Source: Oikopleura dioica (Eukaryota; Animalia; Chordata). Taken from it: a stretch of 64,000 nt of DNA. The stretch lies in NCBI GenBank assembly GCA_907165135.1, contig OU015566.1:3100001-3164000 (forward strand), in the 5' to 3' direction. The notes beneath the pieces are model-generated. The model saw only the letters and a program-made list of their open reading frames with translations. It was not told the DNA's origin and did not search any database. Below, piece after piece: positions 26,121 through 39,182 of this stretch. Made by a program: the position numbers and the translations under genes. Numbering within the stretch: position 1 is the stretch's first letter; every line of letters begins with the position of its first letter.

Positions 26121-27889
26121 ACAATAGCGTATTTTTTTATATTTAATTTGTAACACAAATATATATTCAATTATTAATTGACAAATAAGCTAAAAAACCT
26201 TGTTCTGAGCTTTCAAAACACCAAGGCTGTAAATGAGTTCCATAAGCTAGTACAATGCTAAAAAAGGTCGATATGATTTTTAATAAAGAAATTTAACAGT
26301 CTGATATCAAACTGAGATAATACTAACTTATAAGTTATGAGTCATAAATTATAACTCATAATATGATAATGAGTTATAAATCTGTTGTATGCATTGTTTA
26401 TGCTCAGTAACTCCTCCTTATAGGCGCAGGAAGAAATGACAAATATGCGATCACTGCAAGAGAATTAAATGAATGCAAGAGAATTTTGAATGCATATTTA
26501 TATTTCACGTTTTCGTCCAGAAAACGATTAGTCATCATCCTTAAAAAATTATCGAATGATCTAACAAATAATTGTTACCAGATAAACAGGAACGGCGAAC
26601 TAAGAAAAAATATGACTTGAAAAGAAACAAGGTAGGAAACGAATGTTGTTATTCTCAGAATAAGCCATCCGAACTGTATGAAAAGATTTTCGCATTTCAT
26701 TTTTTCTCTCTGCAAAGAACTTCAAAAATTCAGAAACTCTTCTTTTTTCGACTTGATTTTATTTCATATAAACATAGATTTAATGACAAATTTCATTCTC
26801 TGGAAGAATAGGCTTTCTTTTGGGAACATTATACTCTCAAATACCAACTATAAAACTGGGATCCATTCAGAATAGACTATAAAATGCTTGAGGTAAATCT
26901 AAGAGGAGAGAACGCCAAAAGAAACAAACAACTGCATTTTGGTGTTGGAACAGAAATTTTAAATTTTTGTCAGACAAAAGTTTTGTCTTGCATATGAGTA
27001 AAGAAAAGAATCCAATGTGAATAGGTTATCTGCTAAAATAATTACTATGACTCATATTATTTGAGTTTGTCAAGAATCGTTGTTGATAAACTTAAAGAAA
27101 TCATATACATTTTATTCGACAATATTTACACATTGATCGTTACAGATGTAATTACTAGGCGTTGCGCCACAGGATGTTCTCTTCGACGCATTTATCTTTC
27201 AAAAAGCTCCGAAATCATCCTTACCAAAAAAGCCCTAAACATTCTAGAGCCCTTCCGATGCACCAACGGTGACACAATCCTCTTTAGTTTTCAAATAAGT
27301 ACTCGAAACATCCTTAGTGAGAAAACTCTTACGTGTAGCTAAATCTGAAGTGATTGTTCGTCCTTTAGAGTTTCTCGTGATTTTCGTGGATCTTCGATTT
27401 TTCGAGCCCATCCACCTTGGGAACGAATATTTTGCCAGCTTCGCTCGTATCTAGAAAAGTTTTGCTTTCGACGGAAATAAGGGGGTTACCCTCGATTTGC
27501 ATCCATTCCAGCGTCGGCGAAAATCTTGCCCGAGAAAAATGTACATGAGAGGGTTTATCGCGCTAAATTCCAACCTCATTTTCGGCTCGAAAACTTCAGT
27601 TTTACCTGGACATGTATGCAAGACAGAATGTTACATCAGTTATTATTTCGCAGTTCTCCAAAGGGATTTGGAAGCCATGCGCTTTCACCAAATGCCAAGA
27701 ATACCTTAAACATAAAAAAGGAGAGATTGAACTCAATTAACCATGGAAGCCGGCAGATGACGAATGTTGAAAGCAGCAGGGTCACGAAACGATTAAGCTT
27801 TAGAGAGGGATAATCGAAATAGGAGAGTGAAGTATTCATCAAAGTTCAATCAGGTTGTTAGGGTTAGGAATCAATTTCATCCCTTTCCT

Positions 27890-29400
27890 GTCTTCTCGCC
27901 GTTGATTCCTTATTCATCGGCATTTTCAAGTGTATTTTCGCCTCCTTTCATTACTGGTTAACCTCCTTGCCTCCTCCAAAAAACCATATTCTCTTGGTTA
28001 ACCAGTGTTCCTTTTTCATGCCATATTTGACAAAGGGCTGTGTCACTGTGTCCGTAAACGCGCGCCACATCGGGTTGTCTTTGATGTCTTTTGACACGAA
28101 GCGTTTCGCGCGTTTTTCAGTATGCTTCACTTTCATCATAATACGTCCGTAGCAATAGCAAATCACCCCGAGCGGGATGATGAAGCCGAGCACGAAGATC
28201 GAATAAAGATACTGAAAATACAATGATCATCATCAATTTTCTTGTTTTACCTGAAGAAGCATCTTTGATTTGGTAGTTTGGCATTTGTGGAGGACTCGTT
28301 CTTTGAGCAAATTGAAGATATCAGCCATTTTGCACTCAATTTCGTCGGATTTTTCGTCGGAATCGTCGGTTGGGAGACTGTTTAGACCTAGCAAAATGCA
28401 TTTTCTGTCAAATAAAAGGGTTTGATTATTGTTTTTTATGCCCGAAAACTCGATAAAATTGAAAGAAAGCTTAATTAAGGGTATCACTTTGCTAATTCCC
28501 TCGATGAATACGGTATTCAGAATACCTGATAAATCCAAAGCTGGAACTGGGCTAGCTGACGAGTTGAACTGGATTGGCGGAAAATCTCGTCGATTTCGCA
28601 TGAGAGAACCTTCTTTTTCATCAATTGTTACAGTATCATTTGGCCTAAGCACTGATAAGGCTATTTTCATGATTATAACTTACAGTGATAGTTGATTGAA
28701 ATTTACAGTGGGCAGGTCTTTCGGCAAGTTAAACCCCGGCATTGGCAAATTTCCAGTCGGAATCGCCCCGAAATCCATCCCCCCGGAAAAGGGATTTGAT
28801 GTAACGGGTGCTGCTGGTTGTATTTGCGGATCATCGTCTGAAGATTGATTGATAAATAAAATCAAGGAAGAGGAAAGTACTCGGGAATTTTTGAATGCAC
28901 ATGAACTGGCCTTCGTTTCCTTGAATTTGAGTGTAGTGAAGAATTGGCGAAACCATGGCGATGGAAATAAACCAAACAACGACGCAGACGGAATGGGTAA
29001 AAATCGGCGGCTTTGGGCGGGATTTTCTGACCCGAACGACCGTGAGATACCTATCTGTCGAAAAGGTCCATTTATCGAAAAATTGCGTACGCCAATTTGC
29101 CGAATGTCAAATGATTTGTTAATAAGCAAACATATTTGTCCGAGAATATCCTCCTTACTCTTACGTAACTCGAAAAGAAGAAACCTTTTCCTACAGCCAT
29201 TAGAGATATGAAAAGAATGGAGTTGAAAAAATTGATCATTTTCAAGCTCTCATTCATTTTACAAGCCATCCAGCCAAATCGCCAACTAGAATTGTTCAGC
29301 CTCGAATCTGCATTTAGCGGAAGAGTCGTCTTTCAAAGGGATTTTGAAGAGGAAAAACGATGACATCGTAAGACATTGTCAGACCTTCGAAGATACATTT
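27890..29400 (-). CDS. Probable single-pass membrane protein of unknown function; ends approximate
   Basis: Open exons at 28233-29129 and one hydrophobic helix (SIFVLGFIIPLGVICYCYG) followed by a basic stop-transfer segment. Confidence 0.45.
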
Positions 29401-29547
29401 GAGGGGACATGTTAGAACATCGAAAGAAAGAGAATCTATGGGAGGATGTTAATGTGTGTATAATCCCGCTCAAAAGAAGAGTATCGGCGAGGGACAAGTG
29501 AATAATGTGGACGGTTTAAAAAAGGGATAATCAAGTGATTGAAAAGC

Positions 29548-30563
29548 TTAAAGCTCGCTAGTCAGATCATCCCAAACGAAGCGGTCTTGACCGGCGACAC
29601 CATCAGCACGAGAATAATTGCCAAGTTGGCGATTAAGCCGACAGAGAAGTACACCAGATAAGTAATGATCACAGCATATTGCTAAAAAGAAGTGAGAATT
29701 TAATCGGAACGAAAAAAACAATACAGTAAAAACCCGAAAATTGGCCGGTTTTCGGATACAAATTCCCGAAAAAGCGGCCAAATTTTGGGTTTTCTGTCGG
29801 GTAGTCAAGTTTCGCCTTGAAAAAGCGAAGTTTCGAAATTTTCGAAAATCGGCATGATTTTCACATTTTTGAGAAATTTTATTCAAATTTTTGCTTGCTT
29901 GAAGACATTTTTATTTGAATTTTGTCATTTAAAATGATAAATACACCTGAAAAAAGATTGAAATGATCAAAAATAGCATCATTTGGGCCCAATTCTGATG
30001 GAAAATTTTTTACTTTTGAAAAAGCGGCCAAATTTTGGGTGGGCAATTTTTGGGTTTTCACTGTACAGGACAATCAGACAATCAGGACGAGTTTTTTCGA
30101 ATAACTTGAATTTGCAAGTCTGATTGGTCAAAGATTTGACCAAATTTTTGGTAAAAATTCTCGGATTTACCGTGGATTCGTGATCATCCCTCGTTCAATT
30201 AGGGCTAATGAAAAATGAGACATGATTGGTCGAAGTCCATGAGTTTGCAATCTGATTGGTCGAAATTGAGAAAACCATATTTTTTAGGATCAAATGAAAA
30301 ATTCGAGTAGAAAAAAAAGTTTAACAATATTCTTTATTGTAGGGAAGTCCTTAACTTACATTCCAAGCCATTTCGTCCGTCATCCCGTTGTCCATGATTG
30401 GTTCTAGCGTTTCATTTTGCGCCGCGTAATTCTGAAAAAATACTTTTTTCTCTGAAATCAGGAAAAGATAAATAATCCCCGGAGGAATCTGGGATAATGA
30501 CGGTCTCGTCGAAGCGATGAGTCGCGCCCCGGGGCGAGAGAGTGTAGATACTAAACATTGCAC
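29548..30563 (-). CDS. Small protein with mitochondrial-presequence-like N-terminus; exon structure unresolved
   Basis: Arg/Ser/Leu-rich acid-free start (MQCLVSTLSRPGARLIASTR) and short exons with GT/AG boundaries. Confidence 0.35.
29724..30063. mobile_element. Tc1/mariner-type MITE (TA TSD)
   Basis: TA-CAGTAAAAACCCGAAAATTG...CAATTTTTGGGTTTTCACTG-TA. Confidence 0.7.
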
Positions 30564-31317
30564 TTTGGCGCCGTGATCAGTTTATTTTCTATTATCTTTT
30601 CTTGTTTGCAAAATGTATTGGAAAATATCTGATATGATTGAACTTGACAGATCTGTATGCAAGCGCAGCGATACGGTCTTTTAATATTTTAGGTAGTGGA
30701 CATAGAAGGTGTCAACTATTATTTCCGACTGTCCAATTTGATCTCGGGGCGTCTCAGGACAGACGCAAAAATTAATCTTGTAATAACTAGATTTTCATCA
30801 TTTTTATTAACAAAAATGAATTTCGATCGCCTTTATTTTAATGTCACTTAAGGGACAAAATTCCTTCAAAATATTTCTCTAGAATTTTAAATAAAAGACC
30901 ATTAATGAAAATTTAACGCTGCACTTATATTTTTATCTGTATCAAAGAACTTTTGAAAGACAATCATAAGCCATTCACAGAGTTTTGCGCCTAAGGTTCT
31001 AATCCTCAATCATGAAAAACGCTATGAGTTAAAAATTACCTGAATATTCGGGTAGGTTTCATTGCAGTTATTGTAATGGTTATTATCAACATATTGCTGC
31101 ACATTCGCAAAACCATTAAAAAATCTTTTAAGCGGGTCGATTGACGACAAAACGATGAAAGGACAACTTATTTTTTAATAAATCAAAAAAGCTCTTTTAG
31201 AACAATTTTTCTTTCAAGTCAAGAAAGAAGGAAAAATCATCAAAGAAGACTTCTGCTATTGAACAGAAGAAAGCCTGTATTTTCTACTGCTGGACTCGGC
31301 AACCTGTGTTGGAAGCA

Positions 31318-31432
31318 TGAGTCAGGGTCTGAAAATTTTTTTATGAAGAGCCCCATCGCGGCTTTTTTCAAAACAAAGCCGCAGAAAATAGAGAGGCGGC
31401 TTTTCATTCATAATCTTTCAGACCCTGACTCA
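31318..31432. mobile_element. Small palindromic element
   Basis: TGAGTCAGGGTCTGAAA...TTTCAGACCCTGACTCA with internal AAGCCGC/GCGGCTT motifs. Confidence 0.55.
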
Positions 31433-33945
31433 GGTTTTCATACACTGGGCCAAGTTCTAGTGTTCTAGACCCTTCCTAGAAGAAATTTCGTCATTCATCT
31501 TTTTTTTCTTCAAAAAGGCGTTTTTCCTTCTCTGGACCTGTTTTCTCTTTAAAATTATCTAAACGCGTCCAAAAACGCGAGCAAATGTATTGCACTGAAA
31601 ACTGTGATAATATGTATGCTGAACACGGAGAATGATTGATGTATAAATATTAACGAGGCGGTAGACGAAAAAATTGCTTGGAGAAGGTTGAAAACGGTTT
31701 CCAGTCACAAATGAGGTTTTAAAAGCATTTTCCCTTCATAAAATCCGATTGCGTCGTGATTGTCTTTAAATTTTTATGGCGCAAATGAAATGGTCAGTTC
31801 AAGGTGATAGAACGTCTAGAAAGATGCTTATTCTTTACTGATAGGCCGGACAAGACGGCCTACCGGTAGTAGGGGCAAGATTCTAACCCTAACAGATATA
31901 CCCCTGATCGAGAATTCCTCGAAGAAACATTTGGATATCATAATCATCCGGGATGAATCATCCCCCTTAACTTCTCATTACACGGGCGCGCGACTAAGCG
32001 CTCAAAACACGGGGTCCAATTATTGGACCACAATGCATTATCCAGCCCCGCGCGGCGCGCCAAATTCAGAGTGTGAAAAACAGCGCTCAGGACTTTTGGC
32101 TCTAATTGACGTTTCCGTCGGGTAAAAAAGCTCGTGAATATATTGCTAGAAAGCTTGAACCCTCTTCTATAAAAGTAAACAATTGTAAATGGAAAAATCC
32201 GTTCCGATTTTTCACCAGAGAACGAAAGAGAAATCTGGCGCAAAACGCCACCACTTTTGAGTTTTCACTCGAAACTTCACAGAGTGGTTCGTTTTTGTCT
32301 TGTCAGCTCACATTACAAAATTCAGGTCAAACAGATAACTACAACGGGAATTACAGGCGGTCAAAGTCCCCGTGGTCCAATCATTGGACCACGTGCATTG
32401 GGAGCCCCTCCCCCGTCAACAATTTTCCTCAAAAACTCGTTGAGAGCAATTTTTGATCATTAAAAATCTAAATTTTTAGCGAAATTGGGACTTTTAGTGA
32501 TTTTTGTCCTTAACCTTAGCCGGTCAAGGTACTCCAATTTTGGATCATGGGTCATTCGATCGCATTTAGCTTCAAAAGTTGAGGAAAAAAATTTTATTTG
32601 AAATTCACTTTGAGGAGTATTTTTCGATCGCCTTTCGACTGGTAGGGGTTTTAACCCGTTTCAGATTGACCAAAATGTTGGCAGAGCCTCATTTTCACGA
32701 GAACTCAAGGCGCCATATATGGCGCCGGGTAATAAAAGGAGGTACTCCATATATGGCGTCCTTTGACCGGTACCCGAGCTTTTTCCCGGCAGCGGGCCTA
32801 TAAATTTTTCTCGAAATAGATGTTATAAAACTAGTTTTTTTTCATAATAATGATAAAATATGATTTTCATCTGGAAAACAAGCAGAAAAAAGCATTATTT
32901 AGCGTTTTTCATCCGAAATCAGTTTTTGACTTTTTCTCGTCAATGATCATCAGCGAGAAAATTTTTTCGGATTCATAATTTCTTGGAATTGATACAATTA
33001 ATCCATGCTTACATTAATAAAAATGATTTTTAATAAATTAATATAAAAATTTTCAGAAAAATTTTGATGATTTCTATTAAAAGCCGCGCGGCGCCATATT
33101 TGGCGCCTCTTGGCCGGTACCCGGAGAAAATCATTTTTGGCCGATTCTCAAACGCGATTTTGAGGGTCTTAGAGTCAAAAAAGACCCCCAAAAATGAAGC
33201 CTCAAAATCGTTTTTTGACCTGAAGAATCCATTTCCGGGGTCAAAATTTTTAATTCCGAAAATCGATTTTTCGAAAATTGTTGACGGGGGGGGAAGTGGT
33301 CCTTAAATAAAGTGCCTGATTATTAAATGAGTGTCTGATTATTATCAAAATGTCTTACTTTTTCGCATGGATGCGTTTGCAAATAAGTCTCGATTCTCCC
33401 GAGCACCCTTGCTTGAAAAATCTCTTTTGGAGGTAGTTCTCTTCCATGATTTCATTCTTCTGATTTTTACTTCTCGTTTTTGCTCACATTGACCTCAAGT
33501 CTTTTCTCATTCTTTGACAGTTATTTTCGGATTTGAACGGCTCAGGTGACTGAGGCCCGAGCAAATGGACTAAGAGAGAGAGAAAAAGTATAATTGTAAT
33601 TAATGTAAGTGACGAAAATGTCGATATTTCTCCGTTTTTGTCTCCGAAGCACAATTATTTCGGTTTTCTTTTTGAATTAAAAAGTGTGTTGAAATTATAA
33701 AAATATAGAAAGAGGGATGAAAGATCCAAATCTAATAATAAATCGGATCCAAGAGGATATACTCCTTGAGTGCATCTTTATTTTTAAGTTTTATCGGCCT
33801 TTTTATCTTATTTTTCTTGGAATCCTCGAAGAGACACTGTATATAAAAATATATAATATATTTCATATATATATATATTATATATTATATATATATTGAT
33901 AAATGATGACATCTCGTCGATAAATGAGTTCGTTTTATTTGCAGT

Positions 33946-33987
33946 GGCTTAACGTTTTCGGAACAGCAAAGTTCCATCATCAGAGCC
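33946..33987 (-). ncRNA. Minimal type I hammerhead ribozyme (inverted pLTR copy)
   Basis: Reverse complement of the copy at 34295-34337 (stem II loop one U shorter). Confidence 0.85.
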
Positions 33988-34294
33988 GAAGTCTTGGAAT
34001 TACTTGTAAACCTTCCAAAAACAGACAAACGTACCTTTTGGTGAAAACTGCAGAACTGATCAAGCTCCCAAAAACAACCATCCCTCCAGATAGTGTTCTA
34101 GAGAATTTAACCCATTAAAAACTCGAAAATTTGTCAGAGGCTCCTACTCAATTTTACGAGTTTTTAATGGGTTAAATTCTCTAGAACACTATCTGGAGGG
34201 ATGGTTGTTTTTGGAAGCTTGATCAGTTCTGCAGTTTTCACCAAAAGGTACGTTTGTCTGTTTTTGGAAGGTTTACAAGTAATTCCAAGACTTC

Positions 34295-34337
34295 GGCTCT
34301 GATGATGGAACTTTTGCTGTTCCGAAAACGTTAAGCC
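34295..34337 (+). ncRNA. Minimal type I hammerhead ribozyme (5' pLTR)
   Basis: GGCU-CUGAUGA-U-GGAAC(UUUUGCU)GUUCC-GAAA-ACGU-UA-AGCC: intact core, stem I GGCU/AGCC, palindromic ACGU stem III. Confidence 0.88.
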
Positions 34338-34370
34338 ACTGCAAATAAAACGAACTCATTTATCGACGAG

Positions 34371-36865
34371 ATGTCATCATTTATCAATTCTTATGGCAAG
34401 CGACATCAAGATTTCAAGTCCTTGGATACTCTTGCAAGTAAATTGCACAGGACCAGGCAAACGCTGCATTTCTTAGACAACTGCGTTTCTGATCAAGTAC
34501 TTCCAATTTTTACCAAAATCCCAATTCAGGTGGTAAAATTTTGTAAATGGGGTCGAAATAAAATTAAGCGGGAACGATTAAAAATTTTAATTAATGAACA
34601 AAAAATCTGTAGTTACAAACTCGAGGAAATTCGAATATTATTCAATGAAAGTCTATCCAAATTTTTTGAGAAAGAAGGTATTGGTTGTGAAAAAGAAAAA
34701 ATGATAATAATTTTAGATTTAGAAAATCGTGCGAGAATCCGAGATGAGGAACGCGACAGAAAAAGACAATTAAAATTCGGCAAATTGAAAATTCAACAAT
34801 CATTTCGGAAACCACTTAAATATGAAGTAAAAAATTTTTCAAAAAAACAAATTCCTACTAATATAATAAACATTCTAGAAAGAGGTTGGAAGGCCCCTCT
34901 TGGGGGGCGACCGCACTCGATAAATTTGCTCCAACAATTTGATAGCCTGATGGGCCATATAATAAAATATGATCAATTTCAACAACTCACACCAATGACT
35001 CAATTTCAGTTAAAAGGCAGATTGACTTCGATTCACGAAAAATTAACTACTTGTTTCGGTAATGACAATAGTAACAGGATGATAAGACAGTATTTACGGG
35101 AAAACAGGGAAAGTGTGTTTGTTTTATCGGACAAAGACTCAGTTATTTTAATTTTGGACCGTTCTCAATACGAGAATTCTATGCATCGAGAATTTTCAGA
35201 TAAGACAAAATTTATTCAATTAAATTCCGATCCAACTGAGGAGGACACTTTGGAAATGAGGCAAAATTTACGCAAAATGGAAAAATTTGCGGACAAGAAT
35301 TTTTCAATAGAAATAAACCGGTTTCGAGGATAAAAGACGCATATGGACTTGGCAAATGCCATAAAGAAACTTTCGAGCAGGAGCTTAATATGAGAACTAT
35401 AGTTTCAGCAAGAAATTCTGTTTGTGAAAATTTTCATAAAAATTTTTTGGCAAAATTATTAAATAATCTCAAAAGCAAATTCTCACTTCGTGGGTCTAAA
35501 GAATTCGGCTTATGGTTTAAAGAGCAAAAATTCAATTTTGATGAAGTTGATTTTGCAAGTTTTGATATAGTAAAACTCTACCCAAGCTGCGATACAACTC
35601 ACCTGATTCATCTCCTCTTGAAAACAATTTATGACGATAATTCGCCATCCAAAATGTTACCTCGATACCGGGATGAGAATAAAAGACTGCTAAGACCAAT
35701 TCCAAAAAATGTTCTCCGACCAGTTTTGGATTCAGTTTTGAAAAAACTAACTGCATTTCGGTTTGCAGACAGAACTTATCGTCAGATATCGGGTCTATCA
35801 ATGGGCGACAGTAGTTCTCCAAAATTAGCGGATTTCTATCTGTTTATGCTTGAGAAAGATAAGATCGAAAAACTTATTTCGGAAAAAGTGATTTTAGGCT
35901 ATAAAAGATTTCTGGACGACACGATTGTCTTTTTTCGACGCGGTTCGTTCGAAAAAGTCAACGAAGTTTTTCAAAATTTGCATGAGTCTCTTAAAGTAAC
36001 TGTTGAAAGGTCAAGTCCTGAAGGGATAAAATTTCTCGACTTTGTGGTCTATCCCTCGGAAACAAACACCCTGCAAATTCGTAATCATCGAAAACACACT
36101 GTTCCAATGAATTTTGTAAATGACATTGCTCCTTTGTCATTGAAAAAGGGTATTCTAACGTCAGAATATAAAAGGGCTTTATATAAACACTCAGATCCGA
36201 AAACCCTGGGGGATGAGTTTATAGAGATAGAGGAGAAATATCTCGCCCAAGAATATCCCTTAGAAATGATCCGTGATGTAGAAAAGGTGGTGAAAGAGGG
36301 AAGGGTTGACAAGAAAGATTGGAAAGAGGAAAAAAGTTTGCATCCAGAGAGGAATTTCACAGTTTCTATCCCCTTTACGTCCCAAAGGGTGTCCCGGATA
36401 ACGAGGGAAATGCGTAAGATTATCTCAACCTTTCTTCCCGAATTCAGCCTACATACGGCGTTGAGAACAGTATCGATGAGAAACACGATTATCTCCAATC
36501 TCTTACCTAAGCCGGAAGAGGAAAAGGCCATTAATGTGGTGTATTCCTTTGTCTGTAGTTGTGGGGAGGAGTATATTGGGGAATCCGAAAATTTACTGAT
36601 GAGAATTCGCGACCACGGGCAAAAATCAAAAGATACAGCTGTATACGCACACACTCAGTCATGTGAGCTTTTTCAGACAGGATTTAATGAAAAGTATCAG
36701 CAAAATAACCCGAAGTCCCGGTTTGAATATCTCAAATCGAAATTTACCCTGCTGCATAAGAATCTATCGTATGACAAACGAAAACAAGTAGAGGGACTTG
36801 AAATTTCGTTGAAAAATCCCAGTTTAAACAAACAGATACAGCATAGGAAAATCTTTATTTTGTAA
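34371..36865 (+). pseudogene. Penelope RT-GIY-YIG polyprotein with one frameshift near 35300
   Basis: YGLGKCHK...RTIVS, SFDIVKLYPS, YRQISGLSMGDSSSP, YKRFLDDT, KFLD; endonuclease VVYSFVCSCGEEYIGES..RI.DH...GLEI...LN. One extra T in the 35300-35304 run would fuse the two ORFs. Confidence 0.9.
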
Positions 36866-37052
36866 TACCAGTCAGAGGCATTGTAAAATTGAGTAGGAGC
36901 CTCTGACAAATTTTCGAGTTTTTAATGGGTTAAATTCTCTAGAACACTATCTGGAGGGATGGTTGTTTTTGGGAGCTTGATCAGTTCTGCAGTTTTCACC
37001 AAAAGGTACGTTTGTCTGTTTTTGGAAGGTTTACAAGTAATTCCAAGACTTC

Positions 37053-37095
37053 GGCTCTGATGATGGAACTTTTGCTGTTCCGAAAACGTTAAGCC
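37053..37095 (+). ncRNA. Minimal type I hammerhead ribozyme (3' pLTR)
   Basis: Identical to the 34295-34337 motif. Confidence 0.88.
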
Positions 37096-37158
37096 ACTGC
37101 AAATAAAACGAACTTATATATATACTTATTATATATATATTATATATTTCAGTCTTAA

Positions 37159-37894
37159 GGGACCCGGTTAGGTAGCGCCGCGCCGAACTTCAAGCGCTCG
37201 CCGTTATTCTTGCGAATGGGATTTTTCAAATTTTTTTTTTGCAAATGATATCTACAGCTCTTCAGCTTTCTCATTCAGTTTTCCGTTTTTCTCTATCACC
37301 ACTCATTGATGAGATAGATTAAAAAAGGGGATCGCAACTTCAAAAGGCATCAAGTCCTGCAAATTTTATTTTATCTTTTTGAAACCTGCACCATTAAAAA
37401 GCGCATGAAATTCTCTACAGATTCCACCTAATGCGCAAAGCTGAAACATTACTTATTTCGGATCAAAGGCTGATAAACCAGAGATCTTAGCGCGCTCAGC
37501 ACGGCGCGGCGCGACAGGACGCTATTTTGGGCTCCTGAGACATGATTCCAGCAGGGCGCGCGCTAGGAATTTTTGTTTGTATGACCCGTATCGCTTATTA
37601 GTACTGTTTCAGCTTTGCGCATTAGGTGGAATCTGTAGAGAATTTCATGAGCTTTTTAATGGTGCAGGTTTCTAAAAGATAAAATAAAATTTGCAGGACT
37701 TGATGCCTTTTGAAGTTGCGATCCCCTTTTTTAATCTATCTCATCAATGAGTGGTGATAGAGAAAAACGGAAAACTGAATGAGAAAGCTGAAGAGCTGTA
37801 GATATCATTTGCAAAAAGAAAATTTGAAAAATCCCATTCGCAAGAATAACGGCGAGCGCATGAAGTTCGGCGCGGCGCTACCTAACCGGGTCCC
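37159..37894. mobile_element. 736-bp palindromic MITE with TTAA TSD and GG...CC ends (Kolobok-like)
   Basis: TTAA-GGGACCCGGTTAGGTAGCGCCGCGCCG...CGGCGCGGCGCTACCTAACCGGGTCCC-TTAA; ~300-bp arms. Superfamily inferred from the termini only. Confidence 0.85.
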
Positions 37895-39088
37895 TTAAAA
37901 TGATTTCGCGTCTGAAAATTCTAAACCAATCAAAGTTCCGCATTTGGCCGGTGAGCCAATCAGATTTCGGCAGAAGAAAATTGAGTTTTTATTGCATTTT
38001 TATGACCATTTTTAAATTAAAAATTGTTTATTAATACCTTCATCCGAATTCTAACCCAAATCATACCATAAAGATACGAATTTCTCATCAAATATATCCA
38101 CTCACCGATAAAAGTCGCGAAATTTGAAAGTTTGAAAACTGAAAGATGCATTTCTCTAGCCATCGCGGGCTGAAATTCGGCGTCATTATGAACTGCGATG
38201 GAAAACTCATTTTGCAAAAAGCAAGGAAATAATATCAATCTCGAAAGAGGTTGAGCCTCGAATTAAGGTCACTTGCAAAGGAGAAAAAAAGGTTAAGCCC
38301 TGCGAATTGGCCTTTTTCATAAGTCTGTATTTTGATTTCTTAGATTAATTTATTTATTAATTAAACCACAGGATATCGAGCTGGCAAATATCAATAAGAA
38401 GAAAATCATAGACTCTTCATAAAAATCGATCTGAGGAATTTCTACAATATTTTTCGACACGAAAAATCAGAAAAGCTAAGTTTTCCAAAATCGACAATCT
38501 TGGTCGAAAATTATAATAAAAATCAACAATCTTCCCCAAAAAAATTTTTCATGAAAATTTGAGCCGAAAATCGACTGTTATTTTGACCGTTTGTCTGACA
38601 GACAACCCATGTCTGTTCTCATGAAAAACCTTCAGACATCCCATGCTATGCTTAATTTCCCTCATGATTTCGTCCTTTTTCTTTTCGAAAAAAGAAAACT
38701 CAAGCTTCACAAAGCTAAAAAATGAGCTCGTATCAATCGAGTTTTTATGTTCTTGAGAGCGAAAATGACATCGAGAGTTTGAACGAAGGCTTGTCTTCCA
38801 TCACCATTCAAGAAGAAAAAGACGAAGAAAAAACTGAAAAAGTAGAAGATCTCCTTAGCCGTTTGCAGATTATTTCTGAGAAAGCTACAGTCCTAAGACG
38901 CGCTTTTTTACGGTTGGATTTTATAACTTTTTATTCTGTCGGTCAATTTCGGAGTTCTTGGGCGCAAAATGATCGTCTTGAAAAATAAAAATTTTCCAGT
39001 GCATTACTTTTTTTTCAAAAAGTACCTAATACAACTGATATGAGCAAAAAGAGCGATAAAAAGAGTTTGAGAAAGCCTTTTGAGGTAA

Positions 39089-39182
39089 TTTTACCAGCAA
39101 ATTCATCAGAATGAAAATCTTGAAAATCTCAAAGTTAAAAAAGTACTCAAAAGTACTGATAAGACCAAAAAATACTGATATC
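39089..39182 (-). repeat. Single inverted partial copy of the 122-bp repeat unit
   Basis: Reverse complement reads GATATC...GGTCTTATCAGTACTTTTGAGTACT...TTCTGATGAATTTGCTGGTAAAA, matching unit 3 of the 39727-40140 array. Confidence 0.75.

Larger units (their letters stand above)
33895..37114 (+). mobile_element. Penelope-like retroelement with inverted 5' pLTR, direct pLTRs and (TA)-rich flanks
   Basis: pLTR copies at 34158-34388 and ~36883-37114, inverted copy at 33895-34157; RT plus GIY-YIG ORF between them; TA-microsatellite on both sides. Confidence 0.95.

Noticed and set aside
28140-28223. GPCR TM5-like helix (FVLGFIIPLGVICYCYGRI)
   Set aside because: No other transmembrane helices of a 7TM receptor are nearby; treated as a single-pass protein.
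32406-33304. Degenerate inverted repeat (CCCCCGTCAACAATTTTC) with internal GGCGCCATAT repeats
   Set aside because: Probably an old MITE, but the left end and TSD could not be defined.
35296-35306. Programmed -1 frameshift in the Penelope ORF
   Set aside because: No canonical X XXY YYZ heptamer in the right frame; an indel or sequencing error is simpler.
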